Program-made: the position numbers and the translations under genes
Shown here: one piece after another, positions 1 to 8,316 of the stretch
Layout: each line of letters opens with the position of its first letter
Position numbering within the stretch: the stretch's first letter is position 1
Notes under the pieces: model-generated
Databases searched by the model: none
Seen by the model: the letters and a program-made list of their open reading frames with translations, nothing else
Told to the model about the DNA's origin: nothing
Source: a virus
Lineage: Duplodnaviria; Caudoviricetes
Reading direction: 5' to 3' (one strand)
DNA: 37,949 bases
IMG/VR virus record: IMGVR_UViG_3300020045_005087
Coordinates: 1 to 37,949 of that record

Positions 1-121
1 TGCACGGAAAGAAGCTTAGCGCCATCCTGACTAAAGCCGAATTGGACCCCAAGTATGCAGCCAAGCTTATGAAAACTTACGGTTTAGGCCACATGAATTT
101 TAACGACCCTGCCGGACGCGC
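1..121. repeat. 121-bp inverted copy of 36118-36238 at the left contig end (probable chimera/assembly artefact)
   Basis: 1-121 is the exact reverse complement of 36118-36238; it joins the genuine sequence through the 4-bp microhomology GCGC (118-121). Confidence 0.9.
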
Positions 122-162
122 CTTATGCCCAAAAGTTTTAAGTGTGTCTTGTTGGCCTGGTG
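118..162 (+). repeat. 45-bp direct overlap with 37793-37837; circularisation point of a 37,675-bp genome
   Basis: GCGCCTTATGCCCAAAAG...GGCCTGGTG is identical at both places and both terminal ORFs share PGQQDTLKTFGHKA in frame. Confidence 0.9.
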
Positions 163-1903
163 AAATAGCCGCCATATTCTCGTTCACGGGGAGGGGTTGA
201 CCGACATTTGCTGGTTCGTCTGTCACGTCTATCCAGCCTGACGTGTCCATATCAGTAGTTGGAGAATGCGAATTCGCATTTTCCATATTTTCAGGCTGCG
301 CAGTTACCGGTTCGTCGGTAACATCAATCCACCCGCTAGTGTCTACATCCTCGCTGGCGTTGGCTGTATTCATAACATTTGCAACATACCCCTTGGTTTC
401 TTTAAAATCAGGAATCCCGCCCGCTTTATCAACCGCACCAGGCCCCGCATTATAAGCCGCTAACGACACAGGAAGATTCCCGTCATATCTTTCGAGCATT
501 GCCCCCAAATAATCTTTCGCAAATCTTTTCTGATCTATTATGCTATTATTCCTTAATGGTTCCACGCCAAATCCTGGGTTACGTGCTGTTGAGTCGGTTA
601 TTTGATAAAGTCCTTTAGCGCCCTTGCTGCTTACAGCATTGGGATTTCCCCCCGACTCTTGCATCATTACCGCGTGTAAAAGGCTGTCACTTACGTTATT
701 TCTCATATTGTCGCCTGCCTCGGCTTCATCGCCGCTAAGTGCTTTTGCCATGACGCCAGCCCCGGCTGTACTGGCTAGAATATCAGCGCTGTCTTTTTTC
801 CATGGGTCGAATGCTGCGAATCGTGAGCGTATGTTTTTGGGTTCAGTAACCGCATAAACATCAGTTACAGGCCCGCCATCTTTTGTATTTTTAAATGTGA
901 CCCCCTGTTTATTATTTTTTATAGCTGAGTCTATTAAATCTGAGTAACTTTCGTCTCTGTAGTTACTCCCGTTATAGTCTTTTATTAAATTGTCATTTGT
1001 ATTTATTTTTAAAGGGTAAATTGTTTGATGGTTTAATTTTTCTTTTATCGGCAAGTCTCTTTCATTTATAAACGTCTCTAAATTTAAATTTCGCAGTGCT
1101 TTTGTTTTATTTGATAATTGCTTTTCTTTCTGAATAGCATCTTGGAAACTATTAAATAAAGCTATATCGTCTTTGTTATTGCTTATTAATTTATAGGGCT
1201 TACCTGGGCCTGTACTTTCAATAATATTTTTGTTGTTTAATTGCTGAAACAAAGAATATCTTTCCCCGCTACTTTTTAGAAGATCATCAGTAAGCAATTT
1301 TAATTCACTATCATAAGAAGCCATTATTTTTTGAGCTTCTGGCCTTAATGACTCTCTCGCGTATGTTTCGGCTGTTTGTGGGTCTTTTGCACTAAAAAAC
1401 CCTTTTTTTGCGCTTTCTGCTCCCGTATTTATGCCTAACTGGGTTTTATCTAATTCTGTAATATCAGACTTTGTGCCATGATAAACGTCCGTATCATACC
1501 CCAGCGCCTTTGCCCTATCCATGTTTGTATTATTAGCTGGCAAGCCAAGTCCTCGATGATCCGGTCTTAGCGCTGCTTTCCTGCGAGCAATGTCCTGGGC
1601 AATGCTGTATTTTGTCGGTGGTAGTTTAGTAGATAACCCCATGGGCGCATTTAACGCCGCTGCCTGTGACCATTCGCTCATAGACTTAGGGTTTCTAAAG
1701 TCCTCGTTGCTTGGGACGTGACGACTTACCCGCTGCTTCAGATTCTGGTAGTCATTGTTTAATGGGCTGCCTGGCTCGATAAGCTGACCATAATCCTCAA
1801 AATATGGCGATAGCTTATTCTCAAGCGTAGCCTTAAGCGCCATATAGGCATCAGCAAGGCTCTTTTTGCTTGGGATGATAGGTCTTTCAGCGCGTGAGGC
1901 CAT
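118..1903 (-). CDS. N-terminal half of the largest DNA ejection (internal virion) protein: ADP-ribosyltransferase-like domain (polyvalent-protein type) plus SLT lytic transglycosylase; continues at 37792 after circularisation (~1167 aa in total)
   Basis: VYHGT...GFFSA...AETYA and GVTFKN..DG...VYAV.EPKNIRSRFAAFDP (ART-like); QESGGNPNAVSSKGAKGLYQ...LAAYNAGPG...ETKGYV (SLT/GH23); position after two other ejection genes. Confidence 0.75.
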
Positions 1904-3124
1904 TTAACCACCCTCTGGGATGAAGAAATATACCTGTGTTTTTGGGTCGAATTTTGTTCTAAAACCAGGTTTTTTCCCTGGGTGTGTTTTAAATGTTTCC
2001 TTAGGTGTGACTGGGTATTTATTAGGCGTTAGACTCCTTCCAGCACGCTGTTCTAAAGAATCTAAATAAACTAATAACGCCTGATATTTTTGTTCTTTAA
2101 CGGATTCCTTATCCCAAAAAGTGGGTGTTAATTCTTCTATTTTTTGTTTTGCTTCGTCTTTAGTTATTCCAGCGCCTGTGGCAGCTCGTAATGCCGCTTC
2201 GCTGAAAGAGCTAGCCGCTTGAACATATTTTTGACGGGAAGCTGAACGCACACCACCTTTCAACATATCAGGGGATAAAGCTTCGGCTAACCCTGGCTGA
2301 TCTACGCCATCGCCTTCTTTCGCAGCTTCAGTCATATTTTTAAAAGCGAACCTGGCTTGATTGAGCCAAGATGATGCCTTTCTTTCATCTTCGCTACTTT
2401 TGCCATTAAATTTCGCTGTTGCTTCTGCCGCTTGTGCTGTTCTTTCTGCCGCTGCATTAGCTCTATTTGATGCTGTTTTTTGCAATTCTAGCTTTTCTTG
2501 CTCAAGTGGAGAAATATGATCTTGTTTCGCCATGTCAATTCCAGCCTGAGCCCTAGCATAATCAAGCTTGTATGGGTATAAAGCCTGCTCTTTCATTGTC
2601 GCCTGCTGAATTTCTTGCTGTGCTTTTTCCTCAGGCGTAGGGTCTGCCATGCTTTTAGCCGATTGCCAATCAATGTCTTTATTCGGGTCGTCGCTTATCC
2701 CGGCAACATTTTTCATGGTTTGCGCTAAAATAGGCGTTGCCCTATAGACTTTATTCGCAAGCTGTTGAAATTCTGGTGTACCTGCTTGGACACCAAGTTG
2801 TTTTGCTGTTGCGTCCAAACTATGCCAGAAATGAGTAGCCACAGCTTTTGTCGCTTTCACCTGCTCGGCTCCCATCTGCGAGCTTAAGTGGTTCATGGTC
2901 GCAGCTCCAAGCCCAGCCTTTGGGTCGATAGCACTGACCGCCGAAACATTTGGCTGTGCGCCGTTTAACCCGCCATAATAATCCCTGACTTTTTGCTGAC
3001 GGCCTATATCGCCTAACGCTTCGTCGCGGTTTATCTGGCTATCTCTAACATCGCCCCATTTGCGCATCGAATCAGACAATGATAATTGGGCAGGCTGCTG
3101 AACATTTAAAATTGGTATTGGCAT
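1904..3124 (-). CDS. DNA ejection protein (positional equivalent of P22 gp20)
   Basis: 406-aa helical, Ala/Gln/Lys-rich protein between the gp7-like gene and the SLT-bearing gene. Confidence 0.6.
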   Translation of the reverse strand: MPIPILNVQQPAQLSLSDSMRKWGDVRDSQINRDEALGDIGRQQKVRDYYGGLNGAQPNVSAVSAIDPKAGLGAATMNHLSSQMGAEQVKATKAVATHFWHSLDATAKQLGVQAGTPEFQQLANKVYRATPILAQTMKNVAGISDDPNKDIDWQSAKSMADPTPEEKAQQEIQQATMKEQALYPYKLDYARAQAGIDMAKQDHISPLEQEKLELQKTASNRANAAAERTAQAAEATAKFNGKSSEDERKASSWLNQARFAFKNMTEAAKEGDGVDQPGLAEALSPDMLKGGVRSASRQKYVQAASSFSEAALRAATGAGITKDEAKQKIEELTPTFWDKESVKEQKYQALLVYLDSLEQRAGRSLTPNKYPVTPKETFKTHPGKKPGFRTKFDPKTQVYFFIPEGG

Positions 3125-3130
3125 GTCTAT

Positions 3131-4942
3131 TTACCTGAAAAGCGGTTGAGTTTTAAAAAACTCTTGATTTGTTGCGTTGGCTGGTGTTTGTGTTGTGCTA
3201 CTACCAGGTGTTCTATAAGACGCATAAGCGCCAGCAAAATCAGTTATCGAATTACCTAACCCTCTGTATAATGCTTGGTCAGCTTGCGAATTATTGATAG
3301 CAGTATTTGACGCGCTGTCTGCATAATCCTGGCCTGATTGCCTTACACCTGTTGAATAATCCGTATTTTGACGCGCTTTATTTGTCGCACCTAGCCACTC
3401 ATTTTGCGCCTGTAATGCGCCGCCTTGCATCCCATAACCGCCCTGGGTAGTGGCGGAATTTTGCCCCATGCCTGACATCTGGTAAAGCCGATTATATTGG
3501 GTGTCTTGATCGCCTTTATAACGATTGTAAGAGTTGTTATAAGCGTCCTGCCCTTGCGCGTAGCGTTGAGTTTGTCGTCCGTACTCATCAGCATAGCCCT
3601 GCTGTCCCTGCTGAAAGCGTTGCTGAGTGCGGTTATATTCGTTGTTATAAGCGTCCTCGCCCTGATTATATTCAAGCGTGTTTCTGCCGTATGCGTCTCT
3701 AAACCCTTGCTGTCCTTGTTCAAAGCGTTGGTTTTTGCGGGCAAATGCGTCTGCATAAGCCTTCTGACCGCGTTCCCAGGCCGATTGAAAGCCGGTCGAT
3801 GCTTGCCCCTGTGCGTAGTTGTTCATTTCCTTCGCTGCCCGGCCAGACAATAACCCGCCACGTGCCGCTTGTGATGCTTGCAAGCCTTTCATTCCCTGCT
3901 CAAGCTGGACTTTATACCCAGGCGTGGCTTCCAGTTCCTCAAGCGTATTGACCATTGGCGTATAGCCTGGGTCTTGTTGATATTCTTCTTGGTCTAGCGT
4001 ATTGCTGACCATTTTCGGCATATCTTTAAGCTTAGCGTAATCGGCAGACGTAAACTTATTATTTGTAAACGGTGTGGAACCGTACATCTTCTCGTACTGC
4101 TCGCGCGTAAGCTCATTGCTTGACAGCTTGGGTACGCCTGTCATCTGCCCGTACTGCTCTCGAGTCAGATTATTCGATACAAGTGGCGTATATGTCGGGT
4201 CGTTCTGGTACTGCTCTAACCCGTATTGTTGATTCAGGCTATTATAATTAGGGTCATAGGTGGCTCTTTGCCCGGCTTCTGGCGCCGCACCGACATCCTG
4301 CCATGCTGGCATATCGCCTGCCTCGCCAACGCCTGCCGCCTGCATGACCTGTTCAAGACTCATACCTGTTTTTTGGCCGCCGACCGAGTTATACCAGTTT
4401 TCGACTTCTTGCCGTTTGTATTGCTGATCCTCATAAACCTTCATTTTGGCTTTGTAATCGGCCAACTGAGCGGCCTTTTTTTGATTATAAGCCTCCATTT
4501 GTTTCTGATATTCAGCGTCATTAACTACATTAGCCGCATCGGCATCGGCCTGGCTGCCATAGCCGCTAACGCCCATCATCCTGGAGAGCTTATCAAAAGC
4601 CGCACCGCCTTGGCCTGCATAGCGGTCTTGCGTGCCGGTCGCGTAATCAGTCGCACGCTGTACATAACCGCTTGCGCCTTTCTGTGCGGTATCGAACAAT
4701 TCAAGATTTTTATCGCGCGTATCGGCGCTAATCTTTTTGTTTTCTTCATTTTGCGCCGCTTGTGTATTCAGTGCTGATTTATTAGCTTTCTTTGCGCTTG
4801 ACGCCGAAGCCGCATTAACCCCCGCGCTTATTGCCGCCGATGCCGCCGCTGCTGCCACCGCCGCACCTGTGGCACCAAAGATATTGATGCTGTTTATTAC
4901 CGGGTAGTCTGCATCAACCCGTGACCTGTAGATGATGTTCAT
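3131..4942 (-). CDS. DNA ejection/pilot protein (positional equivalent of P22 gp7) with internal repeats
   Basis: Ala/Gly-rich N-terminus; core TPGYKVQLEQG...QAARGGLLSG typical of podovirus DNA-transfer proteins; Gln/Tyr repeats. Confidence 0.7.
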   Translation of the reverse strand: MNIIYRSRVDADYPVINSINIFGATGAAVAAAAASAAISAGVNAASASSAKKANKSALNTQAAQNEENKKISADTRDKNLELFDTAQKGASGYVQRATDYATGTQDRYAGQGGAAFDKLSRMMGVSGYGSQADADAANVVNDAEYQKQMEAYNQKKAAQLADYKAKMKVYEDQQYKRQEVENWYNSVGGQKTGMSLEQVMQAAGVGEAGDMPAWQDVGAAPEAGQRATYDPNYNSLNQQYGLEQYQNDPTYTPLVSNNLTREQYGQMTGVPKLSSNELTREQYEKMYGSTPFTNNKFTSADYAKLKDMPKMVSNTLDQEEYQQDPGYTPMVNTLEELEATPGYKVQLEQGMKGLQASQAARGGLLSGRAAKEMNNYAQGQASTGFQSAWERGQKAYADAFARKNQRFEQGQQGFRDAYGRNTLEYNQGEDAYNNEYNRTQQRFQQGQQGYADEYGRQTQRYAQGQDAYNNSYNRYKGDQDTQYNRLYQMSGMGQNSATTQGGYGMQGGALQAQNEWLGATNKARQNTDYSTGVRQSGQDYADSASNTAINNSQADQALYRGLGNSITDFAGAYASYRTPGSSTTQTPANATNQEFFKTQPLFR

Positions 4943-5367
4943 ACCTTGCCTTCTATTCCGTAATAATCGTTAAAATAATCTGGTATATCAACCAGCTTTT
5001 GTTCTGCATCGGCAACACTGTCAAATTTTCCAACGTGGAATGTAACCCAACATGACTCCTCGATGACGTGTACAGCTCTTTCCATCCCTATCGGCGTAAT
5101 CCACACCATGCCTGCTGTAATCCGCTCTTTGTTGCCTTTGTTATCGACTACATCCGACACGCCGTAGCAACACACGGTTATATGTTCCGACTTGTGGACA
5201 CACCCCATAATCACGCTATTGGCTGGCATAATCAGTTTCCGGCAATAGGCATTTTCAAGAAATAAGTGGCTTAATTCCATGTCTACTTGTGGCATTGATA
5301 AAATAGCTTTACCCAACTCGGCAAGCTTGCCTTTGTGCATAACCTCGAGCATGTTGTCCTGTGTCAT
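4939..5367 (-). CDS. Cupin-like phage protein; likely start at 5367 rather than 5439
   Basis: HLF...YCRKLIMPANSVIMGCVHKSEH...TPIGMERAVHVIEESCWVTFH resembles a His-ligand cupin; ATG 5367 overlaps the upstream TGA (ATGA). Confidence 0.55.
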   Translation of the reverse strand: MTQDNMLEVMHKGKLAELGKAILSMPQVDMELSHLFLENAYCRKLIMPANSVIMGCVHKSEHITVCCYGVSDVVDNKGNKERITAGMVWITPIGMERAVHVIEESCWVTFHVGKFDSVADAEQKLVDIPDYFNDYYGIEGKV

Positions 5368-5558
5368 AATTTTCTCTTTTTTATAGGCAGACCGTGACAG
5401 ATATAAAGTCCACAGCTTGAATAAAATACTTTTCCGCACTTATAGCATGGCCACTTAATTCGCTTATTATGTTCTGGTCTATCGGTTAATTGCATGTCAT
5501 CTATGTAAAAGTCATGTCTGCAAAATAACTGCTTTATTGCCGATAAAATTGATTTCAT
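5364..5558 (-). CDS. Small putative Zn-binding protein (CxH...CxxC), accessory insertion
   Basis: LFCRHDF...WPCYKCGK; ATGA-coupled on both sides. Confidence 0.55.
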   Translation of the reverse strand: MKSILSAIKQLFCRHDFYIDDMQLTDRPEHNKRIKWPCYKCGKVFYSSCGLYICHGLPIKKRKL

Positions 5559-5986
5559 GTGATCCCAGTCCCGAATATTATCCAGCGTGTTGACGTGATT
5601 TTAGTAGCTGTCGCAAACCCAGACGCCGCCAGTGACCGCGTACCTGTGCCCCCACTCGGGCTAAACAACAAAGTATCTGATGTTATCGCTATACTCATGA
5701 CACCAGCACCTGAGTTATTGATAAAAAAAAGCTGTGTGCCTATTGGATAACTAATCGACCCATTAGCCGGTATCGTTACTGTTACAGCACCAGCTGCGGC
5801 ATGATAAATTTGTTTCCCAGCATCCAGCGCCGTCAGGGCATATGTTGACGTTACAACAATTTGTTGTAACATCATTAAGCTAGCTAAAAACTCCATCAAC
5901 TGGCTAAACCATGTCCGCCAAATAAGGCTTAGGCTTATGCCATCTGATAACATCTGGCTATTTAATGGCGCTATTGGTAGCTTCAT
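5555..5986 (-). CDS. Small tail accessory protein (needle/short fibre-like)
   Basis: Follows the gp10-like gene; N-terminal WRTWF helix then a beta-rich Thr/Gly domain resembling fibre C-termini. Confidence 0.5.
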   Translation of the reverse strand: MKLPIAPLNSQMLSDGISLSLIWRTWFSQLMEFLASLMMLQQIVVTSTYALTALDAGKQIYHAAAGAVTVTIPANGSISYPIGTQLFFINNSGAGVMSIAITSDTLLFSPSGGTGTRSLAASGFATATKITSTRWIIFGTGIT

Positions 5987-7443
5987 CGCACACTTGCCTC
6001 ATAAGCCACTAGAGTCATGTCTGTTAAGCAAAATTTCACAGGGTCTGTCATCCTCAATTTAAACACCCAGTCTCTGGCAACCCCAAGCCTGCGCCATTCT
6101 GCACGGCTTTTGTATTCGCCCAGTTTGCCAATGGTGGTCTGCATCCAGCCTCCCCACGTATGACCTGCATCTCTGCTGACTTGCAAGTATATCGTCGGGT
6201 TATGGCCTTGCGCTGTCGGTGACACCAAGCCCTGCCCGGTTTCCATCCATGCGCGTACCCGTGACACAATCGTAAAATTCTGGCTAGTATTAAAAACATG
6301 GTTAAAAATAATTTCACGGGCAATCGGCACATCATTTTCGGTAAATACATCCGCTGACAACTGGTACAAATTTCCATTATAGTAATCAGACACAATGACC
6401 TTCCGGCCCATGGTTGCACAATAAGCAATGCGACTGCCTTCCAGCCCGTCAGATTGCAAAGACGACCATGCTCCAGACTTAAAATCATAAAGCCATGTTT
6501 TGTCATTCGTCGGGAATGTAATCTGATAAAAATATCTGCCATTGAGCGAATAAATAAACCCTATCGCCAGGCTTGGACTTGCGTACTTATTAATCAGATA
6601 GTCAATGTCTGGCGTTGATAAGTTTGTGTAATTGCCGCCTTGGATAGCGCCTATTGATAACTGTCCCATCCGGTCTTGAAACAACCCTACAACGGCCCTG
6701 TCCATTTTTGCCAATGAGGCATTTGCTGCGATACCGTAATTGATTGCCGAACCCTGCAATCGCGTAAGTGGGAATAACGGGTCGCCTGAATTTGTCCATA
6801 ACTCAGTGGTTAAAGTACCCAATAAATACAGATACCCTTCACTTGCGAATACCGCACCCAACGTATCTGGCGAGCTTTCAGCGCTGGCAAAATCAAGCGC
6901 AGCCCAGTTTAAGCCATCGTATAAATAAGATATAAAAAACTGCTGTGTGCCGATGGCATTAACAATAAAATAGCCGTCAAGAAAGCAACAGCTATTACAT
7001 AACTCAGCGGGCAATTGTGCGGTTATGTTGGTGATGACATACGATAACGACAATGGCGCGCCTGAGACCGCGACAATATACCCCCCAAGGTCTGTAATGA
7101 TTAACACCTGGCTGCCATTGTCTGTCATCGACACCGTGCCGGCATAGTCATTGGCTTGTGAGAGCGTCCCGACCAAAGTTACTGCATTACTCGAGTCTAT
7201 CGCGTAGATTTTATTAAAATGTACGCTAATCAGGATGTCTTTTGACTGCATGTAATACAGCCCGCGTGATGGGTAGGTCGATGGCGTTTGATAAAGCGTA
7301 GCGCCTGGCGTGCCATAAGCGGATACTGGTGCTCGGTCTGGAAAATCACTAGGCTCGAAATAAACATTGACACGATTTTGCGCAGTAATAACGCTAGACT
7401 TTGACTGGTTAGCTGAGCCAAAAATGCTAATTTGGGTGGTCAT
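5983..7443 (-). CDS. Tail hub / packaged-DNA stabilisation protein (P22 gp10-like)
   Basis: 486-aa beta-rich; FLDGYFI, DFASAESSPD, SRDAGHTW, GEYKSRAEWRRLG motifs; synteny. Confidence 0.85.
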   Translation of the reverse strand: MTTQISIFGSANQSKSSVITAQNRVNVYFEPSDFPDRAPVSAYGTPGATLYQTPSTYPSRGLYYMQSKDILISVHFNKIYAIDSSNAVTLVGTLSQANDYAGTVSMTDNGSQVLIITDLGGYIVAVSGAPLSLSYVITNITAQLPAELCNSCCFLDGYFIVNAIGTQQFFISYLYDGLNWAALDFASAESSPDTLGAVFASEGYLYLLGTLTTELWTNSGDPLFPLTRLQGSAINYGIAANASLAKMDRAVVGLFQDRMGQLSIGAIQGGNYTNLSTPDIDYLINKYASPSLAIGFIYSLNGRYFYQITFPTNDKTWLYDFKSGAWSSLQSDGLEGSRIAYCATMGRKVIVSDYYNGNLYQLSADVFTENDVPIAREIIFNHVFNTSQNFTIVSRVRAWMETGQGLVSPTAQGHNPTIYLQVSRDAGHTWGGWMQTTIGKLGEYKSRAEWRRLGVARDWVFKLRMTDPVKFCLTDMTLVAYEASVR

Positions 7444-7583
7444 TTATCCGACCTCGCATATAAATCCCACCTGTTATCATCTAACACCTTTTGAAACTCT
7501 TCCCCAAGTGGCTCTTGTGCATCCAACAACTTGTTGTAAAAAACAACCAAGGCAATATTAAGATCGTCATCAATAGCCGTCAT
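7440..7583 (-). CDS. 47-aa hypothetical protein (below ORF-track cutoff) MTAIDDDLNIALVVFYNKLL...ARSDK
   Basis: Translated by hand; fills the gap exactly with ATGA overlaps at both ends. Confidence 0.65.
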   Translation of the reverse strand: MTAIDDDLNIALVVFYNKLLDAQEPLGEEFQKVLDDNRWDLYARSDK

Positions 7584-8308
7584 CGACCTGCCCCGGTCTT
7601 ATCGTTAAAGATATTGTACCTTCCCCCGCTACCCATCAACGCCGCGTCGGTCTGCATGGTCAACGGCCTGTAATTTGTGCTCTGTAGTGCGCGTTTAGCT
7701 TCTTCGGCAATTCTTATGATGTTTTGACTGGCCGTTAGCTGATAGCTCGGCGCTAATTCAACCGCCAAATTTGCAACTAACATCCTGAAATAACCTTGCG
7801 GTAACTCTAAGGCTTGTGTAATTGATGTAAATTCGGCAAGCGATTTAAAAGAGTAAATCGTTACCGGAATAGCGCTTGACGGAACCGGATAAAACCGCAC
7901 ATAAAGCAATGGGTAAGCGCCGTCTATGTAGGCATACTGTGGGTAATTGGTCTGCAAAGACTTAAGCCGGATCGCTGCCCAGTCATCATACTGTATCAAG
8001 TTGACAGGCATGTCGATATTACCTGCTGAGCCTGATATAGCCACGGTCATCGACTTAACAGTTATAGGCCTGGCTGAGTCAAAATCCCCACCTGTCCCCC
8101 ATGTATAAGTTCCTTGCCTGGCTATAAGCGTAAAGTCTTCGGTCGTGACAACATTAATCATCTGATTGTTGTTACTTAGTGACTCGACCAGCCCGTTTAG
8201 CGTGCGCAATGCTTGAGCTTCTTCAGTACCCGTCAAGTTAACATCTGGCGAGTACACCTGAAGCATAGTTAGTGCATCATTAATAATGTCTTGAACCGTA
8301 ACTATCAT
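7580..8308 (-). CDS. Head-to-tail adaptor (P22 gp4-like)
   Basis: TVQDIINDAL..L...ALRTLN N-terminus and ANLAVELAPSY near the C-terminus; precedes the gp10-like gene. Confidence 0.8.
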   Translation of the reverse strand: MIVTVQDIINDALTMLQVYSPDVNLTGTEEAQALRTLNGLVESLSNNNQMINVVTTEDFTLIARQGTYTWGTGGDFDSARPITVKSMTVAISGSAGNIDMPVNLIQYDDWAAIRLKSLQTNYPQYAYIDGAYPLLYVRFYPVPSSAIPVTIYSFKSLAEFTSITQALELPQGYFRMLVANLAVELAPSYQLTASQNIIRIAEEAKRALQSTNYRPLTMQTDAALMGSGGRYNIFNDKTGAGR

Positions 8309-8316
8309 TTTAGTTC

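Noticed and set aside
1-121. Genuine inverted terminal repeats or hairpin telomeres
   Set aside because: The two ends are not repeats of each other; each copies a different internal segment, both exactly 121 bp, and no protelomerase or protein-primed polymerase is present
3391-4777. Overlapping alternative-frame and antisense ORFs (e.g. 4226-4777 +, 3497-3853 +)
   Set aside because: Shadows of a repetitive structural gene with no recognisable motifs or RBS; the same applies to most nested ORFs in the track
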